DNA of 22,916 nt from an uncultured Oligoflexus sp. (lineage in GTDB: Bacteria; Bdellovibrionota_B; Oligoflexia; Oligoflexales; Oligoflexaceae), in contig CAXSGP010000008.1 of NCBI GenBank assembly GCA_964236955.1, positions 52,708 through 75,623 on the forward strand, written 5' to 3'. The translations under genes and the position numbers were made by a program. The notes beneath the pieces are model-generated. The model did not search any database, had not been told where the DNA came from, and saw only the letters and a program-made list of their open reading frames with translations. Numbering within the stretch: the stretch's first letter is position 1; the number at the start of each line of letters is the position of its first letter. Of the stretch, positions 7,923-16,937 are shown in pieces.

Positions 7923-8342
7923 TTGAAAACGACTCGTTGGCTGGGATTGTTGGCGATCGCCATGCTCCATACGGGCTGTATTCAATACGTATCCGGCTAT
8001 AAAAAGTCAGCGCCCGCTCTGGCTGCTGAAGCGACGGAACCTCCAGCACCCGAAGAAACGGGAACTGACGAAGGTACTGAAGGGGGAGATGAGGCAACTG
8101 CGGAAGGCGAGCAAAGTCCTGAAGAAGGAGTGGAAGAAACGCCGGTTGAACTCGTCAATGCCTGTGCGAGTTGTCATCGAACGGGTGGAACAGCGCAGAG
8201 CGTTGTTCTCAATAAAGCTGCGATCCCGAGACTTAATTCAGCCTACTTTGGCCGAGGCAAAACTATTCATCAGGCTTTTGGCTATACCTTTACCGGCCGA
8301 GGCCGGGTTAGGCTTGAAGCGACTTTGAATCGTCAACCCTGA
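7923..8342 (+). CDS. Lipoprotein with acidic linker and small monoheme cytochrome c domain, 139 aa
   Basis: GGAGG plus TTG start at 7923. MKTTRWLGLLAIAMLHTG/C lipoprotein-type signal, Glu/Gly/Thr-rich linker, CASCH heme-attachment motif. Confidence 0.78.
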   Translation: MKTTRWLGLLAIAMLHTGCIQYVSGYKKSAPALAAEATEPPAPEETGTDEGTEGGDEATAEGEQSPEEGVEETPVELVNACASCHRTGGTAQSVVLNKAAIPRLNSAYFGRGKTIHQAFGYTFTGRGRVRLEATLNRQP

Positions 8343-8577
8343 TATCTCGAAAAAGAGCCCCCCTGTCCAGCCTTTCACCTCCTTTAAGATCCCGTTCGAA
8401 GGCATCACATTAGGTTTGCAATTTTTTGACCCATGTTCGACTATTGCCCTGACGTCTAAGACTCAGGAAAAAAGCTAGGTCCTGTATGCTTGGGTTCGCT
8501 CATGCTTGCCTCCTGCTGTTTTTTTTCGTCTTTTTCTGGAGTAAACCCAAAGTCTGACAACCTAATTCGAGGCTATC

Positions 8578-8985
8578 ATGGCACGTTCCCTTCTCAGTTC
8601 CAATGCAGTGTCACCAGAAGCTGTAACGGCAATGGATAAATTTCATCCCGAGGTGCTAAAGACCGTCAGTGATGCGGTAAATAGCGAAGCCGTTGTCATA
8701 GTGGGAATGAAGCAAAACCCACATGTGAAACGGGCTTGTCATTCCTTGGCCAAAGCTGGCATTGAGTTTAAATATCTTGAATACGGGTCTTATCTGGGTC
8801 AGTGGAAGGAGCGTTTGGCCATAAAGCTCTGGAGCGGATGGCCAACCTTTCCTCAGGTGTTTGTTAAAGGAGTGCTTATCGGTGGTGCCAGTGATCTTGC
8901 CAAAGCTTTGGAAGATGGGTCGTTCCAGAAACGACTGGGCGGCGCAAAAGGCAAAACGAGCGAGAAGGCAAAGTCCAAGGCTTAA
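8578..8985 (+). CDS. Glutaredoxin-like protein (monothiol Grx fold, no active-site Cys), 135 aa
   Basis: WSGWPTFPQVFVKGVLIGG matches the monothiol Grx WPTxPQ/GG motifs. The active-site position reads GMKQNPHV rather than CGFS. GAGG upstream. Confidence 0.85.
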   Translation: MARSLLSSNAVSPEAVTAMDKFHPEVLKTVSDAVNSEAVVIVGMKQNPHVKRACHSLAKAGIEFKYLEYGSYLGQWKERLAIKLWSGWPTFPQVFVKGVLIGGASDLAKALEDGSFQKRLGGAKGKTSEKAKSKA

Positions 8986-9014
8986 CCCAGGCAGCCGGAT
9001 GAGGGTGAAAAATA

Positions 9015-9047
9015 ACTAAGACTGCATAAGGACCGAGCAGTCTTAGT
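9015..9047. terminator. Probable (bidirectional) terminator between convergent genes
   Basis: Perfect 11-bp stem ACTAAGACTGC / GCAGTCTTAGT with an 11-nt loop and T-rich flanks on both strands. Confidence 0.6.
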
Positions 9048-9087
9048 CCCTTGTTTTATACAAATTGTATCAAATTCGTGAGCCGAC

Positions 9088-9360
9088 TCAGGGTTGTTTT
9101 GTCTTATGACTGGGGCAATGATTCATTCCAGGGCCTGGACTATGGCCCTGCTCACCTCGACCCGCAGTCTGATCCTCGCACTTCGGATCGGTGCTCAATA
9201 TTGGACTGGATGACAAGGGTTCAACGGATTCAGAACTTTTGTTTCCCGCGCCGCTTTCTGAATTGGCTCGTGGACTCCATGCATTAGGCCTGCTGCAGGC
9301 TAAGCCTAGGACGCAAAGTAGGGGTAAAGGCGTTAGGCAAGACCATAAAAGGTATGACAT
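9088..9360 (-). CDS. Small putative lipoprotein with Ser/Pro/Gly-rich disordered body, 90 aa
   Basis: AAGGAG-N5-ATG, hydrophobic N-terminus ending LGLA/C, then polar low-complexity sequence. It lacks a basic n-region. Confidence 0.55.
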   Translation of the reverse strand: MSYLLWSCLTPLPLLCVLGLACSRPNAWSPRANSESGAGNKSSESVEPLSSSPILSTDPKCEDQTAGRGEQGHSPGPGMNHCPSHKTKQP

Positions 9361-9397
9361 GGCTTCTCCTTCTTAGCATACTTTAGAACTAGAGGAA

Positions 9398-9703
9398 TTA
9401 TACCCGTAGTTCCCGAGTCCGATCATCGTGCCGAATCGTTTCGAAACGTTTGAGATCGTCCAGTTTAATGCCTTCAATACCCAGTCGATCCAAAGCTTTT
9501 AAAGTGCGATCATACCAATTGCGCTCGATAGCTGCGAAGCGGCCATGATCCATGAAATCCTGCCAATCGCTCCATCCATCACCTTCCGCAATAACGTTGA
9601 GAAGGCAGCCGTATCCGAGTTCAGGACACAGTTTACTGCGAAGTAGGCTCTGAAGCAGGCCGGCACGGTTTTCGAGAAGACTTATGTGACGATTAACTGG
9701 CAT
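9398..9703 (-). CDS. Hypothetical protein, 101 aa; N-terminal half resembles the Glyoxalase_8-type helical domain
   Basis: Strong AGGAGG SD. The pattern RAGLLQSLL…LGYGCLLNVIAEGDGWSDWQ resembles A..L...L…L..IA...G..DW of that domain (recognised from memory, not searched). Confidence 0.65.
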   Translation of the reverse strand: MPVNRHISLLENRAGLLQSLLRSKLCPELGYGCLLNVIAEGDGWSDWQDFMDHGRFAAIERNWYDRTLKALDRLGIEGIKLDDLKRFETIRHDDRTRELRV

Positions 9704-9786
9704 TAAGACCTCCTGAATAAAGTCATCCTCATCTTAACATCAGGACGTTACCCAAAAAAAGTCCAACTGCATAGTGCGCACAATCC

Positions 9787-9816
9787 TAAGCTAAGCCCAA
9801 AGGGCTTTCTAGCTTA
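9787..9816. other. Hairpin with 3-nt bulge between two minus-strand small genes
   Basis: TAAGCTA-AGCCC-AAA-GGGCT-TTC-TAGCTTA (12 bp). No clear U-tract. Confidence 0.4.
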
Positions 9817-9893
9817 TCGCGCTGAACTGTTTTCAACCTAAAAGACTCACCCGCTTGGGAGGGCCGAAGCACTTTTCTCTCAAAGGAATCCCT

Positions 9894-10052
9894 TCAACGT
9901 ACCGCTACCGGGGTTGAGAGGAAAAAAGTCCAAATGGCCCAGGCCAGGAGAAAAATGAAGCCGCCGATCAAAATAATTCCGTGGGGTTGAGTTGCATGAT
10001 GGGCAATACCGCTGCGTTTAACTTCGCGTTTCGGAGGCGTGGTTGCTGACAT
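9894..10052 (-). CDS. Small single-pass membrane protein, 52 aa (not in ORF track)
   Basis: MSATTPPKREVKRSGIAHHATQPHGIILIGGFIFLLAWAIWTFFLSTPVAVR*: basic N-terminus followed by one clean hydrophobic helix of about 21 residues. AGAGAG upstream. Confidence 0.62.
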   Translation of the reverse strand: MSATTPPKREVKRSGIAHHATQPHGIILIGGFIFLLAWAIWTFFLSTPVAVR

Positions 10053-10531
10053 ATAGAATCTCTCTGTTTGGTTTTACGATAGAAAACATGGAAAGCCGAA
10101 GGGCCTTAAGGTTTGCCGAGCTTGTGCGAAATGTCCGGTCCGGTCAATCGTGATTCACCTAGGGGCCCTTCGCAGCTGATTTTGAAAGCCAATTTTCACT
10201 TATAATTCAATGGATTATACTGTTGATTTCGAAATGGCGACCAATTTTTCTGAATTTTTTTCAAGGTCTGGCTTCCTTGCTGGCCAACTCAAACATGCCC
10301 ACTAAAAGGGACAGTATCTCCAAGATGCTCATCCGTTCAGTGATTTTTTTCAATGCAGTCAAAGATTTTGCGGCTCATAGGTGAATGATATTCCTTGTAG
10401 AAAGGTGTTGGCTTCAAAAGAAAACCAAACATCTATTTCGGCACTGATGCGTACAGAGTCGCTCCGCTCTCGTATAATGACTGCATGGCTAAGGCAGATC
10501 AAAATACACACTGTTGCGAGACGGAGTACCT

Positions 10532-11248
10532 ATGTTAAATGTGTGGCGCAAATTGGTTTTTTGTGGAGCTGGTTTCTGCATGGCGTTTAGCGCGAAGGCT
10601 CAGACACGAAGTCAGGTCACCGGCGACGCCTCGGCGAAACAAGCCCAAACCCTTTTTATTCGCGCCGATGTTGGGACTACGACTTTCGACAGTAAGGCCG
10701 CTGCAAGCAAGGATACCAACACGTCCATTGCCTATGAGTTGGGAGGATGGTTTGGCGAATCGCGTATCGTCGGTCTCAGCGTGAAGAATCAGACAGATGT
10801 CGTGCCCTTCACCCTTAATAAAAGTGAATCATCGACCAATTTCACAGATGTGAGACTTAAGGGACGCTTCTGGGGTGTCATGCCATCGGTAGGGGTGAGT
10901 CTTTCGGAAGTGGATATATCGAAAGCCGATGTCAAAACCATAGGATTATTTGGAACCGGTATTAATGCAGGCTTGGGCTTAACGGGAACCCTTTACCCTG
11001 GAATCGTCCTGAGTGGCGAGGTTATGACGATAAAAAGCACGCATATATTTGATAAACTTGCTCTCGAGAACAAACTCGGCGTGAGAAATGAAGCGGATGC
11101 TAATATTTCCTTTGATATCACCGATCGCCTTATCGATCTGTTGGTAGGGTACCGCTTGAGACAGTACGAAATCGAAACACCGACGGTGATCTTTAAAGAA
11201 CAGACGGCAGGAATATACGCGGGCGTGCGCTTAGGCGTTTACTTCTGA
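10532..11248 (+). CDS. Outer-membrane beta-barrel protein, 238 aa
   Basis: GGAG plus ATG 10532, signal peptide ending AKA, alternating amphipathic strands, and C-terminal beta-signal GIYAGVRLGVYF. Confidence 0.8.
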   Translation: MLNVWRKLVFCGAGFCMAFSAKAQTRSQVTGDASAKQAQTLFIRADVGTTTFDSKAAASKDTNTSIAYELGGWFGESRIVGLSVKNQTDVVPFTLNKSESSTNFTDVRLKGRFWGVMPSVGVSLSEVDISKADVKTIGLFGTGINAGLGLTGTLYPGIVLSGEVMTIKSTHIFDKLALENKLGVRNEADANISFDITDRLIDLLVGYRLRQYEIETPTVIFKEQTAGIYAGVRLGVYF

Positions 11249-11494
11249 TTCTTATTTGGCAGTCTCTATTGCTAAATTGGGATGGGGCGGAAGCCTCTTC
11301 AGCATCTGGAGAGGCGTTCTTCATTGCGGGCGCATCGATTGATAAATATTCGGCATCGGATTTTGATGGATCGAAAACTGCTGCAACGGAGCGAGTGTCC
11401 ATGGTTGATTCTTTAGGAATACCGAAAAAAACCTAAAAAGCTGCAGCTGCCTTATAGCTTTTCCATCATGTCCTACAGTCAGGGAGTTGGCCTT

Positions 11495-11971
11495 TTATGC
11501 TCCTTTATTGACTTTGAGGCTCTGGGCGCGCCGCGCCTTTGCCGAAGCGTAGCGGGCCTTTTCCTCCGTTGTCTGCGGATTGAGCGGCGGCACCGCCCTC
11601 GGCTTTTTATCGTTGTCCAAAGCCACCATTGTGAAATAGCAACTATTGGTGTGGCGGATACTTTTTTGTACCAAATCCTCGGCTATAACCTTGATTCCCA
11701 CTTCCATCGAGGTCTTTCCCGTATAATTGATCGAAGCCAGAAAGGTGACGAGCTCACCAATAAAGATAGGGAGTTTAAAGAGCACTTTATCGACCGACAG
11801 TGTCACGACATAGCCAGCTGCATAACGCATGGCACAGGCGTAGGCCACACGATCGAGGTACTTCAGCAGTTCTCCACCATGCATATGACCTGAAAAATTC
11901 GCCATATCGGGCGTGACCAACACAGACATGTGGAGGTGGCGAGGATTAAAAGCGTCGATATCGTTGTGCAT
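11495..11971 (-). CDS. Acyl-CoA thioesterase (hotdog fold, YciA-like), 158 aa
   Basis: DMANFSGHMHGGELLKYLD, VVTLSVDKVLFKLPI and TGKTSMEVG motifs. Start at ATG 11971 with AGGA upstream. Confidence 0.92.
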   Translation of the reverse strand: MHNDIDAFNPRHLHMSVLVTPDMANFSGHMHGGELLKYLDRVAYACAMRYAAGYVVTLSVDKVLFKLPIFIGELVTFLASINYTGKTSMEVGIKVIAEDLVQKSIRHTNSCYFTMVALDNDKKPRAVPPLNPQTTEEKARYASAKARRAQSLKVNKGA

Positions 11972-12220
11972 CGGTGTTCGTCCTAGATCAGGATTGAAGT
12001 TTGTTGATAAGCAAGGTTTCCCCATCTTAAAGGGCATGCCCAGCCCTTGTCATCCCCAACTGGAACCCATTGGCTTTATCCATGGAAATTTAGATTTTTT
12101 GGCATGCTGTTCTGGAGGCTCAGGGTCTTACAGAACACTTCGTTCCTTTAGCCTTGATCCTTGCCGTCTCGCTTGATTAGAGTGCAATTAGGAAATGGCT
12201 CAATACAACCGAGGTCAATC

Positions 12221-12814
12221 ATGAAAATTCAATGCGTTCGTATGTTAAGTCTCACGGCCGGTCTGTTTTTAGGCAATGCAGCTTTTGCTCAGGTCTCGCT
12301 TGGCGGCGCTGCACCAACGATCACCCTTACCGGTTCTGGATGTGCACGGAATCAAGGGTCTGAAGCCCATTGGGAAAGCGGTTCGCTGGTGGTAAACTTT
12401 GGTGGCATGGAAGCGGCAAAAGGCCCTGGCCTCCCCCTCTCGCTAAGCCGTAAGGCCTGCTCCATCACCCTCGATCTCCATGTACCCGAAGGATTGAGTT
12501 ATGCCCTTGCTGCTTATTCAGCACAAGGTTATGACGACCTGTCAGGCCAAGATACAAGAACTCTAAGCCTAACTCAATTCTTCCAGGGCGAAGCGACTGC
12601 TGGATCCTCGAAAGAACTTGCTAGCGGGCCTCTTGCCGCCAGCTTTGACGTCAATACCTACAGCCGATACCTTGAGCCGGTTTGGAGCCCCTGCGGCCTG
12701 CAGAGGGCGCACACTCTGACCGCCGCGCTTCGAGTGGGTGGCAGCGATCGGCAGGCCGCGTCGGCATCGACTTTGGAATCGCTCCGTCTCACTTTCCGGG
12801 TAAAACCCTGCTAA
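12221..12814 (+). CDS. Secreted DUF4360-family protein, 197 aa
   Basis: Signal peptide ending AFA. GSGC…GPG…RKAC…P.G.SY…FFQG…WSPCG…C pattern typical of DUF4360. GAGG plus ATG 12221. Confidence 0.8.
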   Translation: MKIQCVRMLSLTAGLFLGNAAFAQVSLGGAAPTITLTGSGCARNQGSEAHWESGSLVVNFGGMEAAKGPGLPLSLSRKACSITLDLHVPEGLSYALAAYSAQGYDDLSGQDTRTLSLTQFFQGEATAGSSKELASGPLAASFDVNTYSRYLEPVWSPCGLQRAHTLTAALRVGGSDRQAASASTLESLRLTFRVKPC

Positions 12815-12966
12815 GCTCGTAAAATCCGAATTTGCGAAGCAATCCTTCATTTCACAAAGCTCAGACGGTACGTTTGGGCTTTCACTTTTTGCCGATTGCA
12901 CAGGACATCAGCCGCTTGCTGTGATTCAATTGCAGACTGTCCCTCAGATGAAGGAGTTATGGATCC

Positions 12967-13872
12967 GTGGCGAATCACAGCAACAAACACATTTGGCAGG
13001 CATTTTTCACCAATCTCGCGATCGCTGTTATTAAAGCCATCGCTGCCCTTTTCACAAAATCAGGGGCGATGCTTGCCGAAGCGATACACTCAGCGGCCGA
13101 CTGCTCGAATCAACTCCTGCTCCTGCTTGGAGTGAATCGGGCGGCCAAAGAACCCGATGCCTCCCATCCTTTGGGTTACGGTCGTTCGCTCTATTTTTGG
13201 TCGTTTCTCGTAGCCCAGCTCCTCTTCACGGCAGGCGGCGTCTTCTCTATCTATGAAGGGCTCCATAAGATTTGGTTTCCTGAAGAGCTGCATCATCTGG
13301 AAGCAGCCTTGGCCGTACTCTTCATCGCCTTTCTTCTGGAAGGAATTTCAACCCTGCAAAACATAAAGGAAATGAACAATCGCCGCGGCGCTGTGACTTT
13401 CCTTCGCTATCTTCGCGAGACAAAGGACTCCGATTTGATCGTCGTCTTTGGCGAAAATGCGGCCGCGACAGCCGGTCTCGTCTTTGCGATGCTCGCAACT
13501 CTATGTGCCTGGTTTACCAAAGATGCCCGTTGGGACGGGGTCGGCAGTCTTATGGTTGGTGTTGTTCTGGTCGGCGTTGCGGTCTTTCTTGCCGTCGAAA
13601 TCCAATCGCTTCTGGTCGGTGAACGGGCGGATCCAACCCTAGAGGTCGATATTCGCCGTCTCGTCAAAGACCACAGTGCGATCGTGGAAATCTTGAATTT
13701 GATCACCGTTCAACAGGGGCCAGGCGAAGTCATGGTCGCGATGAAAGTAAGGATGCAGGAGAATCTTCTGACGGGAGCTCTCTGCGAGCGGATCAATGAA
13801 TTTGAAAAACGCATCAAGACCGCTCGACCTGAAATTCGTTGGTGTTTCGTCGAACCCGATACCGAAGCCTGA
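12967..13872 (+). CDS. Cation diffusion facilitator (CDF) transporter, ZnT9/SLC30A9-like subgroup, 301 aa
   Basis: SGAMLAEAIHSAAD (TM2 HxxxD), HPLGYGR, 6 TMs and C-terminal cytosolic domain ending FVEPD. AAGGAG upstream of the GTG start. Confidence 0.92.
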   Translation: MANHSNKHIWQAFFTNLAIAVIKAIAALFTKSGAMLAEAIHSAADCSNQLLLLLGVNRAAKEPDASHPLGYGRSLYFWSFLVAQLLFTAGGVFSIYEGLHKIWFPEELHHLEAALAVLFIAFLLEGISTLQNIKEMNNRRGAVTFLRYLRETKDSDLIVVFGENAAATAGLVFAMLATLCAWFTKDARWDGVGSLMVGVVLVGVAVFLAVEIQSLLVGERADPTLEVDIRRLVKDHSAIVEILNLITVQQGPGEVMVAMKVRMQENLLTGALCERINEFEKRIKTARPEIRWCFVEPDTEA

Positions 13873-13880
13873 GCGGCGCC

Positions 13881-14534
13881 ATGGACGATGAAAACCTTCC
13901 TATCCTATATTCGTTTCGCCGTTGTCCCTATGCGATGCGGGCCCGACTCGCGCTTTGGGCTAGCGGCAAGACTATTATTCTGAGGGAAATCGCCCTCGCG
14001 GCGAAGCCAGAGGCGATGCTTGAAGCTTCTGCCAAGGGTACGGTTCCCGTGTTAGTTCTCGATCGGGGTCTGGTCATAGAAGAAAGTCTTGATATCATGT
14101 TATGGGCATTGATGGCCAACGATCCCTCCCAGTGGATGCCAGCCAATCCGTTTCAGGCGATACAACTGATCAAAAGAAACGATGAAGAATTTAAACCCTG
14201 GCTCGATCGCTACAAATACCCCGAGCGTTTTGCGAAAGCAGAGGATGCCCGAAGCCAAGGGCTGACCTTTCTCATCACTTTGGAAGAGCATCTCACTGTC
14301 AATGGGGGAAGCTACCTCTGCCGGCAAACCCCTTCGCTTGCCGATATGGCAATTTTCCCTTTCATTCGACAGTTTGCAAGGGTCGATCAAGAATGGTTTG
14401 ACAGCCTGGGCCTACCCAATCTCAAGGCTTGGTTGTTGAATTTGATGGGAAGTGAAGAATTTCTGGCGATCATGAAAAAATTTGAGCCTTGGAAACCAGA
14501 GCATGATCCGACTCTCTGGGGGCGATTGCAATAG
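13881..14534 (+). CDS. Glutathione S-transferase (Cys-type, CPYA motif), 217 aa
   Basis: LYSFRRCPYAMRAR, KGTVPVL, ESLDI and SLADMAIFPF. Starts 8 nt after the CDF stop, so probably co-transcribed. Confidence 0.92.
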   Translation: MDDENLPILYSFRRCPYAMRARLALWASGKTIILREIALAAKPEAMLEASAKGTVPVLVLDRGLVIEESLDIMLWALMANDPSQWMPANPFQAIQLIKRNDEEFKPWLDRYKYPERFAKAEDARSQGLTFLITLEEHLTVNGGSYLCRQTPSLADMAIFPFIRQFARVDQEWFDSLGLPNLKAWLLNLMGSEEFLAIMKKFEPWKPEHDPTLWGRLQ

Positions 14535-14585
14535 CTTATGTTTAAGGGTTGACCGTAAATTGATTGTGAGTCGCATCGATCTTGA

Positions 14586-16634
14586 TTAGTTCGGCAACTG
14601 CTCATGCCGTGATAAGCCCATGACCGACTGCTGATTGCTGCATCCCTGTTGAGAGATGGGAAGAGTAAAAACAAAAGTGGAATGGAGCGCATGCGTATCA
14701 TACCGAAGGGTGCCGCCGTGACCATCCGAGATGCCCCGTGAAATGCTCAACCCAAGGCCAGTGCCTTTGCCGACTTCTTTGGTCGTGAAAAAGGGCTGCA
14801 TGATTTTCTCACGAATTGCGGGATTGATGCCAGGCCCGCTATCGCATACCACGAAATTCACACAATTCTGAATGCTAAAGACTTCAAGCTTTACCCACCT
14901 TTCTTTGCCGCTGAGTCCTTCGACGGCGTCATAGGCATTGTTCAGTAGATTCATGATGAGCTGGGCAATCTGCGAGGCCCGACATTCGACCGAGACATCG
15001 CAATCGACGTCGACCATAAGTTTAATCGTATGATAGCGAAACTTTGCCTGGCAAAGGTTGAGGGTTTGCTCGATGATGTCCCTGACAAGAATCTGCTCCA
15101 TGGGTTCATGTTCTGAATTTCTCGAAAATGATCTCAAGCCGTTGACTATCTTGGCAATGCGTTGGGCTGTGCTTTCGATTTTGAAAAGTCCCTCGGTAAG
15201 GCGTTCGGGATCCAGGTGATCCCGTTCATGGTAGCGTCTAAGCAAGGAGGTTTGACCGATGATGATGGCCAGGGGGTTGTTGATTTCGTGGGCCACACCA
15301 CCTGCCATCTCCCCTAGTGACGACATCTTGGAAGCCACAACCAGTTTCTCCCTTTGCGATATCAGGGCCTGCTCAGAGCGTTTGCGCTCAGAAATATCGC
15401 GAATTGTAAACTGAAGGACCCGTTGGCTATCATAAGGAAAGGAATTGAGTGTGACTTCAGTCGGAAACTCCCGTCCCTTCCGCGTGCAATGAACCCACTC
15501 GTATTCATGACGGCCTTCCTGGTAGCCCTGCATCAGATGATATTGGGCGGCAGCTGCCGACTCGATCTCATTGGGCTGGCGTGATGGGGACATGGAAAAG
15601 AGGTTGCAGCTAAGGAATTCAGCTTTACCGGGCAGCTCGAACATCTCCCAGGCCCGTCGATTGCAATCCAATATGCCCGCGGCGGTGGTAAGGACAATTG
15701 CATCCTTGGAGTTTTCGAATACGGAGCGGAATCGTTGTTCGAGACTTCTGGTAATATCCTCGGAACGTTTCTTCTCGATAGCGATTGCCGCAAGTCGAGC
15801 GGCTTCCGTAATCGTGAGAATATCGCCGGCCGATGGCAAGCGACAATCCCGACAGTAAATGGCAAAGGTTCCGAGAGCATTTTGCTTGGAATCAAGGATA
15901 GGCTCCGACCAACAGGCCGATAGACTCGCGGACTCTGCCAGGACGCGATACGGAGCCCACAATGGGTCTTCGAAAAGGTTGGTCACGATCACCCGTTCTT
16001 TTCTAAAAACTGCGGCGCCACAGCTTCCGGCCGTGGGTCCAATCAGCATTCCATCGACGGCCCGACTGTAAAATACCGGGAGGGTGGGTGCAGCCCCTAT
16101 CCTTAGAGTTGTTTGACCGCGGTCGACCAAAAGTATGGAACAGAGCATGTCCTCGTTGATGCGCTCAACCCCTAAAACGATAGACTTTAATATTTCGTCA
16201 AGAGTGGCTCCCTTTACCATTGAAGTCATGATCTCGGCGCGAGCCAACGCAATATTTCGCTTACTAACCTCTGTTGTGACGTCTCGAAACGACCAGACTC
16301 GTCCTGCCGTCATGCCATCGATTATAAGAGCTTTGGAAACGACCTCGATTATGATTCGCGACTTTAGCAGCAGATGAGCAAAGCTCTCCAAAGATGGATA
16401 TCCATCGATCCTGGCCTGCAGGCTTGCATATTGATCAGGATCCTGCAGTTGCGCCTGAACAATTTTCAGGAGGTCTTTATAACTGCAACTTTTGGCCTTG
16501 GCTTCACTGACATTCCACATATCCAAAAAAAGCTGATTATAGTCAGCAACCCGGTCTTTTCGACTGTCGAAGATCAGTATCCCATCTCGACAGGAGTTTA
16601 AACTGGCTTTTAACAATGAGGTTTGAGCGCTCAT
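14586..16634 (-). CDS. Cytoplasmic PAS-GAF-PAS sensor histidine kinase (HisKA + HATPase), about 682 aa
   Basis: H-box [11 protein letters not shown]-box [10 protein letters not shown]1 DSGPGI, F/G2 [27 protein letters not shown]…CWSEPI, PAS ends RDVT and RDISERK. No TM segment. Start at ATG 16634 or TTG 16646. Confidence 0.93.
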   Translation of the reverse strand: MSAQTSLLKASLNSCRDGILIFDSRKDRVADYNQLFLDMWNVSEAKAKSCSYKDLLKIVQAQLQDPDQYASLQARIDGYPSLESFAHLLLKSRIIIEVVSKALIIDGMTAGRVWSFRDVTTEVSKRNIALARAEIMTSMVKGATLDEILKSIVLGVERINEDMLCSILLVDRGQTTLRIGAAPTLPVFYSRAVDGMLIGPTAGSCGAAVFRKERVIVTNLFEDPLWAPYRVLAESASLSACWSEPILDSKQNALGTFAIYCRDCRLPSAGDILTITEAARLAAIAIEKKRSEDITRSLEQRFRSVFENSKDAIVLTTAAGILDCNRRAWEMFELPGKAEFLSCNLFSMSPSRQPNEIESAAAAQYHLMQGYQEGRHEYEWVHCTRKGREFPTEVTLNSFPYDSQRVLQFTIRDISERKRSEQALISQREKLVVASKMSSLGEMAGGVAHEINNPLAIIIGQTSLLRRYHERDHLDPERLTEGLFKIESTAQRIAKIVNGLRSFSRNSEHEPMEQILVRDIIEQTLNLCQAKFRYHTIKLMVDVDCDVSVECRASQIAQLIMNLLNNAYDAVEGLSGKERWVKLEVFSIQNCVNFVVCDSGPGINPAIREKIMQPFFTTKEVGKGTGLGLSISRGISDGHGGTLRYDTHALHSTFVFTLPISQQGCSNQQSVMGLSRHEQLPN

Positions 16635-16937
16635 AGTCTCTATCAATTGTAGGCTGTGGAGAATCAGTTTATGAGTTGAGAATAATCAATTCTCTTCGGG
16701 TTGGATATATACAATTGAATTAAAATTGTCGATTTGCTCATTGATTTTGGGTGTATACACTCATAAACCCGGAGCCAACCCACGCCTGGCGTTCCCTTTT
16801 ACTGTGCAAGTTTGTTCGAACTTGGATTCGATTCAAAGCCCGGAGAAGGGTTTTAGAGCTAAATAAGCAAGACCCATCCATCGTGCTGCCGAATTATGGG
16901 ACCGGCCATCCTCACGGTTCTGGGATTGCTATCTGGG

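Noticed and set aside
10090..10130. c-di-GMP-I riboswitch (GGCAAACC on the minus strand; also GGGCAAA…GGACGCA near 21694-21710)
   Set aside because: No GAAA-capped stem or GACGCAAAGC/P3 in the required arrangement.
11193..11402. 69-aa minus-strand ORF
   Set aside because: No SD, no recognisable motif, and it overlaps the 3' end of the beta-barrel gene by 56 nt. It cannot be supported, though a gene remnant is not excluded.
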